Shown one piece after another: positions 27,355-37,070 of a stretch of 64,000 nt of DNA (position 1 is the stretch's first letter; each line of letters opens with the position of its first letter). Position numbers and translations under genes: made by a program. The stretch covers positions 23,394-87,393 of the forward strand of contig CAZFVV010000001.1 of NCBI GenBank assembly GCA_964522165.1, in the 5' to 3' direction. This DNA is from an uncultured Calditrichaceae bacterium. Lineage in GTDB: Bacteria; Calditrichota; Calditrichia; RBG-13-44-9; J075. The notes beneath the pieces were generated by a model, which ran no database searches, was not told the DNA's origin, and saw nothing but the letters and a program-made list of their open reading frames with translations.

Positions 27355-28554
27355 TCAACGGTTTTCATACTTCCGCGTTTCCGCCTCCAGCCAATAATCG
27401 GCGGCGATTTCCGTGGCCTTGACCACCCAGAAAATGCCTAACCCGATGGCGAACACCACGTCGAACTGCTTATAAAGGATATTTTGCAGCATTTCGTAGC
27501 ACAAGTGCCCCTGGATATTCAGCGCCATCTCGATGATCACCAGCCCGGTGATCAAAAAGGAGGCTTGCTCCTTGAGCGTGGATAGATATTGATAACGGGC
27601 GTTCAGGTAAATGTGCTGGAACACGTGCCCGGGGAACCGCTTTTCCCAGCGCAATATGGAGAGGGTAGAAATGCCCTCCGTGGCGCCGGGCAAGTAATTG
27701 TTGTTCAATCCCTTGACGATGGCGGTTTCTACGTACCCCTTGCGGCTTTCCGCCACTAAGAAGGTGTAAAATTTCTGGGCGTAGGTGATCAATAATCCGT
27801 TGGAAATAACGCCCAACAGCACCAGGAAGAAAAATGTATCGGTATTGAACCCGGTGCGGAAGGAATACGCGATCACGTACGCGGGGGAGAACAATACCAG
27901 GTAAGCGATGCCTTTCCCCGCGGCTTTGGCCAGCAGGCCGGCGGAACGGGCCAGGTCGCGGAGAATTTGCGGAAGGTCTTTTTGCCGGGGAATTCCGGCC
28001 AGGCAGGCCGCTAATTCCGCCAGGTAAGACGTACGGTTTTGCTTCATGCGCACGAAGCGCAGAACCGCCAGGGTTTGCACGCCGTAGTAGGTCAGCAGCA
28101 TCACCACCAGGTAGGCGAGGATGAATTTGAAATACATTCCGGTAAGCTGCCAGAGCTTGCCGCCGCTCAGCCCCTGGTACAATCCCGCTTTCCGGGCGAT
28201 TTCCTTCGCACGCCCGGCGCGATAGCGGTCGATGGCCCGCAGCAGGGAATCCGCTCGCCCGGGATGATCGGGATAGTACACATTCAGGGTCTCGCGCAGG
28301 AGCGCCCGGTGCAGGGGGTTGGTGATATCGAGGGACTCCAGCCTCAGCAGGGCCTCGATCTCCGCGTTTCCGGCGGGATTCCCAGGTTTATTCTCCGCTT
28401 CAACGCTGAAGATCAGCGCCAGAAAAATAAGCGAGACGAAAGCGATGCTGAGGAGGTGCTCGGTTAATTTGCGTTTCATGGAAAAGCCATTTGCTTGCGC
28501 GGCAATAGTGGTCATTTGCCCCTGCCGGGGCGTCAATTGCGCTGCGCGCGTCAT
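27355..28554 (-). CDS. ABC transporter permease (DppB/YejB-like)
   Basis: Polytopic membrane ORF with a C-terminal permease core. The start is ambiguous between 28554, 28515 and 28479. Confidence 0.7.
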   Translation of the reverse strand: MTRAAQLTPRQGQMTTIAAQANGFSMKRKLTEHLLSIAFVSLIFLALIFSVEAENKPGNPAGNAEIEALLRLESLDITNPLHRALLRETLNVYYPDHPGRADSLLRAIDRYRAGRAKEIARKAGLYQGLSGGKLWQLTGMYFKFILAYLVVMLLTYYGVQTLAVLRFVRMKQNRTSYLAELAACLAGIPRQKDLPQILRDLARSAGLLAKAAGKGIAYLVLFSPAYVIAYSFRTGFNTDTFFFLVLLGVISNGLLITYAQKFYTFLVAESRKGYVETAIVKGLNNNYLPGATEGISTLSILRWEKRFPGHVFQHIYLNARYQYLSTLKEQASFLITGLVIIEMALNIQGHLCYEMLQNILYKQFDVVFAIGLGIFWVVKATEIAADYWLEAETRKYENR

Positions 28555-28559
28555 TTATA

Positions 28560-28735
28560 GTCATTTTTACCCGGCATTACCGGGAAAAACTGTCTCACTT
28601 TTCACTGTTCACCCTTCGACCTGCTCGATTCGTCGTTCAGGCGGGCAAGCTCGGGGCATGTTTTTCACTTCCCATTTTTCACTTTTCATCCCCGCATTCG
28701 CGGGGACAAGCTTTGCACTTTCCACTTCCCTCACT
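28560..28735. repeat. TTTTCACTT-unit repeat region with two C-rich hairpins (CCCGGCATTACCGGG and CCCCGCATTCGCGGGG)
   Basis: Read directly; this is the only copy in the window. Confidence 0.45.
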
Positions 28736-29750
28736 CCTTCCCGCGCACTTCGATGGCGCCCTGGCGCCGGGAGACCCGGTAGGGCGCGCCGAGCAATGCG
28801 TTCTCCAAATGATCCACGAGTTGCCCGGCGCTTTCCGGGAAGACCTGGGGAGAGGGCGCGCCTTCCAAAACACAGTGAACCCGGTTCGCCTCTACCTCTA
28901 CGATCCAGCGGGGCGGGGTGCGGCGCTGGCCGGTTTGCGCGTTGAGATACGCAAAAAGCTCCGCCAGCACCCGGTTTGTTTCCGCAATCCGGCTTTCGAC
29001 CCTTTGCACGATTTCGGGGGGAATGCTCTCCGCGACCGCCGCAGTTCTGCGGTAGATGCGCCAGGAGCGCTCCCGGGATTCATTCGCCAGGTTCGACCAG
29101 CCATAGCGCGGTTCTCCGCCCGGATTTTTGACATACACCCGGCCGCGGTAAGCAAATAAGCGCAGCAGCCGCTCCCCCTTTTCCAGGTAGAATCGCTGCG
29201 CGCGCGGGGTGGATTCGGGCGCAGGATTTTGCGTGATAAACAACGCCTGGTTCGCCAACACCTCTACCGTATCCCGCAGCAGGGTGCAATTATCGAAAAC
29301 CCGGTGGAAACCGATGCGATCCGCGTGCATAAGCTGCCGGCGCTCGTCGGCGAGGAGGAAATAGAGCGAATGGTCGGCCTGCACCTTTATACAGGGAGTG
29401 AATCCGTCGCTCAAATACCCATCGGCGTCTATGATTTGCAAGGGCTGATAGGGTGCCAGGGGGGTTTCCTGCCGGGCATCGATGCGCTGCTGGAATTTGT
29501 CATAAATGACCAGCTCGCGGGGATTTTCAACGGTCAGGAAGTCTGCGGTCTGGGCGGGGAGAAGGCCGCTAAGCGCAAAGAGCAGGGCGCAGAGCGCAGA
29601 GCGCAGAGTGCATGGCGCATAGCGCATGGAGCAAGGAGCAGAACGCAGAGTGCATGGTGCAAAGGGGGAATCGGAGAGCCGGCAGCACGTACGCCCCACG
29701 CTCTGCGCCATGCGCCATACGCTCTGCGTCATGCGCTTTGCTCCCCTCAC
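28731..29750 (-). CDS. Hypothetical secreted protein. The first roughly 40 codons, including a plausible signal peptide (LCALLFALSGLLPAQTADF), are encoded by the GCGCATGG repeat.
   Basis: Long ORF. A believable start is the ATG near 29624 (MRYAPCTLRSALCALLFAL...). Confidence 0.5.
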   Translation of the reverse strand: MRGAKRMTQSVWRMAQSVGRTCCRLSDSPFAPCTLRSAPCSMRYAPCTLRSALCALLFALSGLLPAQTADFLTVENPRELVIYDKFQQRIDARQETPLAPYQPLQIIDADGYLSDGFTPCIKVQADHSLYFLLADERRQLMHADRIGFHRVFDNCTLLRDTVEVLANQALFITQNPAPESTPRAQRFYLEKGERLLRLFAYRGRVYVKNPGGEPRYGWSNLANESRERSWRIYRRTAAVAESIPPEIVQRVESRIAETNRVLAELFAYLNAQTGQRRTPPRWIVEVEANRVHCVLEGAPSPQVFPESAGQLVDHLENALLGAPYRVSRRQGAIEVRGKE

Positions 29751-29752
29751 TT
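29581..29752. repeat. GCGCATGGCGCAGAGCGC-family repeat, largest copy
   Basis: GCGCAGAGCGCAGAGCGCAGAGTGCATGGCGCATAGCGCATGG ... CGCTCTGCGCCATGCGCCATACGCTCTGCGTCATGCGC. Confidence 0.6.
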
Positions 29753-30403
29753 CAACATCCTCTTTAGAAAGTTCAGGTTTTCCTCGGGGCTGAAAATCGC
29801 CGGGATGGGAATCTCGAACCCGTCGATTACCAGGCTTTTCACCGTTCCCGATCCGGATTTGCTGAGCAGTTGGTACTCCTCGCCTTTCAGAACGTATTGC
29901 TCTAAGATTTGCTGATCCGGGTCGATGATCCAGTACTCGCCGACGCCGTGGGCGGCGTAATCCTCGAATTTGATCTCGCGGTCGAAATGCTCAGTGCCGG
30001 GGGACAATACTTCCGCGATAAAATCCGGCGCCGGGAACTTAACCTGGTTTGGCTGGAAGAATTTAGATTTCTCGCGCTTAAAAAAGCAGATATCCGGTTC
30101 GTAATCATTGCGAGTAAATGAAACCATGATTTTTTCGATTCCTACGTAACCGAGATCGTTGATTCGAGCGTAGTTGTCAAGGAGAATTGCCAGTAGTTTT
30201 ACTGCGTTATTGTGGCTCAACCTTACCGGGGTATGATAGACAATTTCCCCGTTGATAAATTCAGCCTTATCATCTTCCTTGATTTGCCGGTAAAACTGTT
30301 TCCGCTTTTCCTGCTCCGCGGAAAGAATCTCCTGGATTTCCTCCAGGTAGAGTTTCAGCTTTGGAGAGTTGCGCAGTTTTTCTAACAAAGCGGTTTCCAT
30401 CAT
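29747..30403 (-). CDS. Uma2-family (DUF820) endonuclease-fold protein, second copy
   Basis: 218 aa. AEFINGEIVYHTP...PDICFF...PDFIAEVLSPGTEHFDREIKFEDYAAHGVGEYWIIDP is the Uma2 core. Confidence 0.8.
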   Translation of the reverse strand: MMETALLEKLRNSPKLKLYLEEIQEILSAEQEKRKQFYRQIKEDDKAEFINGEIVYHTPVRLSHNNAVKLLAILLDNYARINDLGYVGIEKIMVSFTRNDYEPDICFFKREKSKFFQPNQVKFPAPDFIAEVLSPGTEHFDREIKFEDYAAHGVGEYWIIDPDQQILEQYVLKGEEYQLLSKSGSGTVKSLVIDGFEIPIPAIFSPEENLNFLKRMLK

Positions 30404-30481
30404 TCAACTCCCTGGCTTATGTATGCTGATGTAACAGAAATCCTTCGCCGAAGACGAAATCTGCCTCCCGGCCCCTGCCCC

Positions 30482-30505
30482 GGCAAAACTGAAGTTTTGC
30501 ACTCC
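30482..30505. repeat. Palindrome GGCAAAACTGAAGTTTTGCACTCC
   Basis: Same family as 853-872 and 54184-54204. Confidence 0.6.
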
Positions 30506-30599
30506 TAATCCACCCGCTCACGCCATTTGAGTCTGGAAGACGAAATCCCGACATGCGGCCAGGGAAGGCCGCGTCTTTGTCGGGATTCTCACCCAGCCC

Positions 30600-32339
30600 C
30601 TAATCCACCCGCTCTCTCCATTTCTCAATCGTAGAAAGCTGCGAGGCCACCCCGTAGAGATCGATGCTGCCGGCCTCGAACTGGGTGCGAAAATAGGCCA
30701 GTGAGGGCAGGGAGAATAACCACGCGCCCAGGGCCAGCTCCTGTTCGACCTGGTCCACGTACTGGGCGTACACCTGTTTGTCGCCGATATGGTTGGTGTG
30801 CATAAATCCGTACGTGTATTCCAAGAATTTCAGGGTCGCTTCCTGTTCGGGGCCGCCGCGGGCGGCGTCGAGGCGGCAGAAATTGTTGTTCGCCTGTAAC
30901 GATTGGGGAGCGGCGACGGAAGCGCCTTTAGCGTCCATCTGGGTCGCCAGGCTGATTTTGTAGGTTTCCAAATCCGGTTCCCGCAAAAAGATATTGTAGA
31001 GATCGAACAAAAAGGTGCTGCGATAGCCGTCGATGGCGATCAGCAGGGCGTCGTAATCGCCCTGTTTGACGGCGTCGTTGGTCACCGCCAGGGCGCGAAC
31101 CCGTCCACGGGTCAGGGCCGGGTCGTTCAGGATATCGAGCAAATCCGCGTATTCCTCGCGGTGGCCGTAATTCAGGCATCCCACGATACGCAAAGTGTCC
31201 GGCAGCAGGGAGAAGTCCGGCGAGGAGGTATCCTGTGGCGGCGGCAATACGATTTCTTCTTCCACGTAATAGGTGGTGGAGGGGAAAACGCTGCGGTTCA
31301 GATAGTCGGAATAATTATCGGAGTTGCCTTTATAGTCGGTGATATGGCGCTGCTGGGGCGTGTTCACCTTGTAGAAGCGCTCCACAATAGCGCGGTTGTT
31401 GAAGAGCTTTCGCGCTTCTTTCCGTTGCGCCTGGTTCAGGCGCTGGGTGTTGAACAGCAGGGCGAAAAAAGTGGTGCTGATATTGGATTTATAGAAATAC
31501 TTCTCGGGATTTTCCAGAATCGGGGAAAGGCTACCGAAGGGAGTGCTCAACAGCACGTTGAAGTTATTGTTTTTGAATTCCGTGGTATAGGTGCTGTTGT
31601 CGATATAGGGTTTCAGGTTTACCCGGGTGATGGTGGCGCTGCCGGCGGGGCTGCGGTAGTAATTGGAGGTTTCGGCCAGTGGCGTGAGGGCCAGGTACGG
31701 GCCGCTGCCGTTATAGAAATTCAGGGCGTTCAGATCGGAGTTGGCCGGGATGATTTTAAAAGAGAGCACTTCCATGATGTCCGCGTCGGTCCAAATCCGG
31801 TCGCTCTTGAATTGGAAGCGAATCTCCCCATTGGCGTCCGGCCCCTCGAAATCCCAGGATTGTAGCGCCTGGGAAACCAGGATGTAATCCGGCGACAGGC
31901 TTCCTAAGTCACGGATACGCCGCAGGGTAAAGCGCAAATCTTCCGCGGAAAAATAACGATCCTGCGCATCGGTGATCGTCACCTCATCATCTTTCACCTG
32001 CACGTTAAAACTGCTGTGCCATTTTTTCTTGATATTCAGACGTACGGTAACGACGTTGTTCGCGTCAATGCCGATGAATTCTCCTAAGCCGTCCTCGTAA
32101 ATGATGCCGCTGGGGTTGGCGGAAATATTGAACAGCCCGTCGAAGAGCACCTCATCTAACTTGTCGGAGAGGTCCACCGCATGGGGCAGGTGCGGATCGA
32201 TGACCGGTTTCTGGTGCGAAATGTAAGGAATGGCGATCTGGTCCGATAAATCCTTGCGCAATACCAGCCAGAGAACCAACACTAACAATGCCACCCCCAG
32301 TACGGTCCCCCCGATGATGAAAATGTTCTTTTTCTGCAT
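30600..32339 (-). CDS. ABC transporter substrate-binding protein, family 5 (peptide/oligopeptide-binding), membrane-anchored
   Basis: 579 aa, N-terminal TM anchor, size and layout of SBP_bac_5. Permeases lie downstream on the same strand. Confidence 0.72.
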   Translation of the reverse strand: MQKKNIFIIGGTVLGVALLVLVLWLVLRKDLSDQIAIPYISHQKPVIDPHLPHAVDLSDKLDEVLFDGLFNISANPSGIIYEDGLGEFIGIDANNVVTVRLNIKKKWHSSFNVQVKDDEVTITDAQDRYFSAEDLRFTLRRIRDLGSLSPDYILVSQALQSWDFEGPDANGEIRFQFKSDRIWTDADIMEVLSFKIIPANSDLNALNFYNGSGPYLALTPLAETSNYYRSPAGSATITRVNLKPYIDNSTYTTEFKNNNFNVLLSTPFGSLSPILENPEKYFYKSNISTTFFALLFNTQRLNQAQRKEARKLFNNRAIVERFYKVNTPQQRHITDYKGNSDNYSDYLNRSVFPSTTYYVEEEIVLPPPQDTSSPDFSLLPDTLRIVGCLNYGHREEYADLLDILNDPALTRGRVRALAVTNDAVKQGDYDALLIAIDGYRSTFLFDLYNIFLREPDLETYKISLATQMDAKGASVAAPQSLQANNNFCRLDAARGGPEQEATLKFLEYTYGFMHTNHIGDKQVYAQYVDQVEQELALGAWLFSLPSLAYFRTQFEAGSIDLYGVASQLSTIEKWRERVD

Positions 32340-32369
32340 ATTTTTCCTTTCTATCGCTCAGTTTTTTTT

Positions 32370-32485
32370 CGCATGGCGCATGGCGCAGAGTGCATAGCGC
32401 ATAGTGTAGAATTTTCATACGCCACAAGCCCTGCCCCATGCGCTCTGCTGTATGCTCTATGCGCCACGCGCTTTGCGCTATGCTA
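32370..32485. repeat. GCGCATGGCGCAGAG-family hairpin repeat
   Basis: GCATGGCGCATGGCGCAGAGTGCATAGCGCATAG ... CATGCGCTCTGCTGTATGCTCTATGCGCCACGCGC. Confidence 0.6.
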
Positions 32486-34843
32486 ATTTTTCTTGATCAA
32501 CGGGCGCTGGCACATCACGCTCACTTCCAACACCTTGAACGCGGAGTGCTTGAAGCGCACTTCCAGAATGTTGTCGCGGTTTTTGACCATTTGCACCGGG
32601 GTAAGCTGGCACTCATAGTCGTTGTCCGGGGTGGGGGAGGTGATGGTAAAGCGCCCTTCGTTTTTCAGCACGTTGCCGTTCATGGTGATGCGTTCGTACC
32701 ACTGCTCCTGCCCGGCCCGGCTTGCAACCTCCCGGGGCAGTTTGATGTTCACGTCGAAGACCGGGAACTGGGCGTCGGATTCGATCTGGATGTTCAACTT
32801 GAACATGTATTCATTGCCGGCCTGCGAATTGGCGTTCACCGGGAGCACGTAGATTTTGCGGTACTCCGTAGGTTTGGTGATCCACTTGGCGGCCTGGGGA
32901 TCGCATTCCGCCACCAGGTTGCGGATTTTCCGGTCGCTGCCCTTGTAATATTTGCCGTGGGTGACAATCGCCCGCGCCCTTGCAACCCCGTTATCGCCGG
33001 GATTGCGCTCGAATTCCCGGTAGAGGTTTTCAATCGACATTTTCGGGAATTGATCGTACTTGAAGGAGTCTAAGTAATTCTGAATCCGTTTTTTGTTCGC
33101 TTCCAGAACGGAAGCGCCGCCGGAAGAAAAGGTCAATTCATGTACCGGGCTGAACGCCGGGTTTGCATAGAGGGAGTCCACCTTCTGGTACACCGCCTTG
33201 TTGGCCTCGATGAAAACGTTGATGCGCTTGCGGGATTCCTCTTCCACGGTGCTGACCAGGCGCTCCTCGGCGTTTTTCACGGTCTGGTTTTTTCGCGGCA
33301 GCGCGGCGTCATAATCCAGGAAGTTGCGGTCTTCGTATAACGCCCGGATTTTACTCTCCGCGACGCTCCACAACTGGTTCTCCAGGGCGATGTTGATGTC
33401 GCTTTCCTGCTGCTGGAGCGAAAGCTGGTCGATGTTGCCGTACTGCCGGGTTAGAAAATCCAGGCCGGGGTTCAGTTTCAGCAACCGGATAATTTCGCTG
33501 TAATTCGATTGGGCTTTCAGACGGTTGATTTGCGGAACCAGGGCTGCGGCGGTCTGGAAACCGAGCTGCAAAGTGCGAATTTCTTCGCCGGTGGCGCGGG
33601 CGGCCTGGTCTAACCGGGTAACGCAGCGGTAAGCGGCAAATTTCCCGTAGGTGGTTGCGGAAACCCGCGGCAGCGACGCCGCCAGTTTGTCGATTTGCGA
33701 CTGCAAGCGGGGATAAAAGTTGTCCGAAGGCCATTCCCCGGTTCCTTCGAGGCTTGCCTTGATATCCTCCAGGCCGCCGCGGGCGTTTGCCACCGCCTCC
33801 GCGTCGCGGTTAAAAGTTCGGATCGCGCCGGACACGGCTTTAAAACGGGCGTCGGGCTGCTGGTTGCACTCCCGGAAAAGCGCCTCGGCTTTATCTAACG
33901 GGTAATCGACCGGGGAAATGTCGGTTTTCTGTTGCAGCACTTTTTCCAGGTACGGGGCAAGCTCCGGCAGCCGGTTGCCGATATTCTGCCGCGCTTCCTG
34001 CACCACGTTTTCCGCAAACTCATCTTTGCGCTCAAAAAAAGCCATAAAATCCGGCACCGCCAGGGCAAAGGCGTCGGCATCGGAGCGGCTTGCGCTCTCT
34101 TTGTTGAGGGCGTTCAGCATCACCTGGTAATTTTCCTGGAAACGCAGCTCGCTTTCCAGCTCGTTTTTCAGCCCCACGTAATCCAGGTACGCCTTGTCAT
34201 CGGAATTTTTGATTTCCGGGGGAAAGATGGCTTCGATTTTCTGCAATTCGCTTTGCAGCGATTTCAGGGTTTGATTTTTCCGGCGGGTATCGGCCAACTC
34301 CTCATCGAAGCGTAAATCCTGCGCCCGGAGGGTGCTGCCCAGGGCCTCGTAATTTCCCCGGTCCACTTTGTTCCTCGCCAGGGTAAGCTGAAATTCGGCG
34401 CTGCGAGTTTCGAACTGGTAGCGCCAGATCGGCACGTAACGGTAATCCAGGGTGAGTTCCAGGTTTTGCCGAACATCTTCCACCACCCAGTAGTAAGCAG
34501 TGGCCGCCCGCCCGATTTTATACACATTGACATTGTCATCTGCGGCGCTCTCATCGTTTACCGGGATGTCGCCTTTGCCCTTGGTGAATTGTTCCGTCAG
34601 GTGGGAAGTGAGCGAGGGGAGATCATTTCCCCGCAAGACCAGGTACATGTTGTCCGCCTGGGTGCCGGGGAAAATCATGTAATATTTTTTTCCTTTTTTG
34701 AGCTTGAAGCGTTTATCCTTATTGAGTAATTGAATGTATTCGCCTTCCCGGGAAAAAATTTCCGGTTTTGGCGTCAGTTGCTTGTAGGGGCTGCATGAAC
34801 TCAAAAAAATCAGAATAGCCAATAATGCAACGCTCAGTTTCAT
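32483..34843 (-). CDS. Large lipoprotein (787 aa, lipobox LSSC), hypothetical, coiled-coil rich
   Basis: Start taken at MKLSVALLAILIFLSSC. No known domain recognised. Confidence 0.68.
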   Translation of the reverse strand: MKLSVALLAILIFLSSCSPYKQLTPKPEIFSREGEYIQLLNKDKRFKLKKGKKYYMIFPGTQADNMYLVLRGNDLPSLTSHLTEQFTKGKGDIPVNDESAADDNVNVYKIGRAATAYYWVVEDVRQNLELTLDYRYVPIWRYQFETRSAEFQLTLARNKVDRGNYEALGSTLRAQDLRFDEELADTRRKNQTLKSLQSELQKIEAIFPPEIKNSDDKAYLDYVGLKNELESELRFQENYQVMLNALNKESASRSDADAFALAVPDFMAFFERKDEFAENVVQEARQNIGNRLPELAPYLEKVLQQKTDISPVDYPLDKAEALFRECNQQPDARFKAVSGAIRTFNRDAEAVANARGGLEDIKASLEGTGEWPSDNFYPRLQSQIDKLAASLPRVSATTYGKFAAYRCVTRLDQAARATGEEIRTLQLGFQTAAALVPQINRLKAQSNYSEIIRLLKLNPGLDFLTRQYGNIDQLSLQQQESDINIALENQLWSVAESKIRALYEDRNFLDYDAALPRKNQTVKNAEERLVSTVEEESRKRINVFIEANKAVYQKVDSLYANPAFSPVHELTFSSGGASVLEANKKRIQNYLDSFKYDQFPKMSIENLYREFERNPGDNGVARARAIVTHGKYYKGSDRKIRNLVAECDPQAAKWITKPTEYRKIYVLPVNANSQAGNEYMFKLNIQIESDAQFPVFDVNIKLPREVASRAGQEQWYERITMNGNVLKNEGRFTITSPTPDNDYECQLTPVQMVKNRDNILEVRFKHSAFKVLEVSVMCQRPLIKKN

Positions 34844-35084
34844 AATCAACCCTTTCTGTATGTGGTTTACGGGCGCTTCCGGCGCATTTCCGGATGCTTT
34901 GCAATCGTGCTTGTTCCTGGCGCATGTCAAATTGCACGCGGTCTAATAAGAAGCTGTTTACGAGCAAAAAGTTTACCAACTGGCTGAGCTTCTGCAATTT
35001 GGACGACTCCACCCCCGAACCCTACGAAATTCAAATATACTTAATAAATCAAGGGCGGAATAGCAACTTGATAATAAAAATCGA

Positions 35085-35165
35085 GGGTGGGGAGCGTGGG
35101 GCGGGAGGGGTAGGCAGTGGCAATAGGCAGTAGGCAATTACTCCTGCTAACTGCTCCTGCGCCTT
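35085..35165. repeat. Hairpin repeat GGTAGGCAGTGGCAATAGGCAGTAGGCAAT ... CTCCTGCTAACTGCTCCTGC
   Basis: 8-nt periodic units; read directly. Confidence 0.45.
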
Positions 35166-35512
35166 AAAAACGAGGAAAAACATTTTGTCGTTTGCAACAC
35201 AATTGTCAAGTAATAATTCACGTACTTGAATAAAAATTGAACGCGGATTAGGCTTTAGTCAGTTAACCGGGAGAAACCGGGTGAGAACGGGAATGCCGGT
35301 CAGCAAATACAAAATTTCATTGAAAGCTTCTCAAAACCATATCCATCGGAACGTTTTGGAAAGCGCACGGAAGGCGGGAGTTCGGTTCCGTCCCCTGCGG
35401 AGTGGGTTGCTGCGAGATTTTTCGCGTGGCGGAAATCACGTATTGAATTTATAAAAATCAATTTTCATTAACCGAAGCTCCCCGCCTGGCCGGCACGGGA
35501 AATATGCAAAAA

Positions 35513-35595
35513 AGTGTTATGGTGTTTTGGTGTTATAGTGTTTGGGTAATTGAACATCTGTACACCGGAACACCATCGCACTAAAATATTACATC
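35513..35595. repeat. GTGTTNNN/NNNAACAC periodic palindrome
   Basis: GTGTTATGGTGTTTTGGTGTTATAGTGTTTGG ... ACACCGGAACACCATCGCAC. Confidence 0.55.
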
Positions 35596-35669
35596 ACTAT
35601 AACCCGAATTTTCTTCAAAACGTCACATAAGCCATAACGGTATTCTACACAAACAGCGAGGTTCGGATC

Positions 35670-36143
35670 ATGGAGCAGTATCACTCGACGATTGGCAGTG
35701 TTGCCCGGGAAATGTTACAAAATTTCACCCGGAAAGAAACCGGTAACGGGGCGCCGTTCTGGGATTTGCGGGAAAATGTAGCCTGGCAGCATCAATTAGT
35801 GATGGATGCCTGCGGAGAAAGGGTAGCGGGGCCGGCAGTGTATTCCGCGGTGTTCAAAATCTTGCTGGAAATTTACCTTGCGGAAAACAAGGAACAGGCG
35901 GAAGATTTCCTGTATGAGATCGACCCCTGCACCGAGGTTTCCGAATTGACCGCCTGGCTGCACATTTCGGACCGGAATATGGATTATCTCAACCGGGTGC
36001 TCTACCATGGGAAACCGGCAGACGCTCGCAATATGTTGGCGGAAGCGCACAAATTGTATCTCCAGGATATTGGCGCTCGCTTAATCGAAGCGATTGACGG
36101 CTACATCCTTCAATATATCTATAATGGAAGGGCGGCGAATTAG
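35670..36143 (+). CDS. Hypothetical protein (157 aa)
   Basis: ORF with an RBS-like GCGAGG upstream. No recognisable motif. Confidence 0.5.
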   Translation: MEQYHSTIGSVAREMLQNFTRKETGNGAPFWDLRENVAWQHQLVMDACGERVAGPAVYSAVFKILLEIYLAENKEQAEDFLYEIDPCTEVSELTAWLHISDRNMDYLNRVLYHGKPADARNMLAEAHKLYLQDIGARLIEAIDGYILQYIYNGRAAN

Positions 36144-36527
36144 CCGCAGTGGAATGGGTGTTCGAGCGGTGCGGCGAACAATGATGTTCGTCGCACCTCC
36201 ATAAGTTTGACGCTGAATGGCATCTCAATCTTAATCGATTTTAAATTTGCAAATCGTGATCTGGCTGCCATGATAAACTATATCCATTTGTTCTCTTAAA
36301 ATCGCCAGGGGACTTTGATGTCCGAAAAAAATGGCATATTGAGCGCCTTCCCGGTGTTGTTCTAAAAGCAGTTCGGCATCCACATTTTTAGGAAATCGCC
36401 ACCCGAAACGACCCACCCGGTATAATTGGATGGCCGGCAAGGGTCTTCCACCGTCACCCTTGCACTTTGAGGAACATATTGATCAATCAGCTTTCGCGTA
36501 GCGATGAAATCTTTTTCCGAATAATCA

Positions 36528-37070
36528 TCATACCAGGGTCAAAGAGAATATTAAATATTTATTAGATTTTTGCATTTCGGCTTTGATGAAAAAGTATAAA
36601 GCCCAAACCGTGGCGGTTAGAATGATAATATCGGGTTGGATTTTCCGGGTATAGAAAAAGAATAGCGGTGAGCAGGCAGTTAAATAAACGGCTAAAAGTG
36701 CGCCTTTGCCATGGAGGTAGAGTTTAGACAGCTTATAGATACCCCATAGTCCTGATATTCCGATGAACACCGAAAGAAGCCGGGGCACTAAATGGCGAAA
36801 TCCGAATACATGATACAGTAAGCCGGTAATATAGTTGTAAACCGGAAACTCCATCCCGGTAATGCCAATCTTGTCTTTTCGTTGATGGGTTCTCGGCTCA
36901 AAGATGTTCTTGCTTTCTCTATAGAAAGCTTCCGCAACTGCCGCAGTATCGGATTCACGCCAGGTGTGATAACCGTTCGGAGGATCGGTAATTCCATATA
37001 GATGGCTTAGAAGGTGAAAAAATAGCATTCCTGCCAAGATTGGCCTTTCTTTTTGTACGGCACTCGGCAT
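36528..37070 (-). pseudogene. Truncated GT39/ArnT-PMT-like glycosyltransferase: N-terminal 180 aa only
   Basis: The N-terminal TM helices and periplasmic loop (PNGYHTWRESDTAAVAEAF) resemble the GT-C ArnT/PMT family. The ORF ends after about 4 TM helices; full-length members are about 500 aa. The surrounding DNA is AT-rich. Confidence 0.45.

Noticed and set aside
35240-35400. Cobalamin or other riboswitch upstream of ORF 35670
   Set aside because: The GGGAGAAACCGGGTGAGAACGGGAATGCC stretch loosely resembles part of a B12 element, but no B12 box (GCCACTG) or other class-defining motif is present. It cannot be supported without a covariance-model search.
36231-36440. 69-aa ORF as a functional gene
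   Set aside because: Far too short for the metallophosphoesterase family whose C-terminal GHxH-like segment it weakly resembles (FFGHQSP). Most likely a gene remnant.
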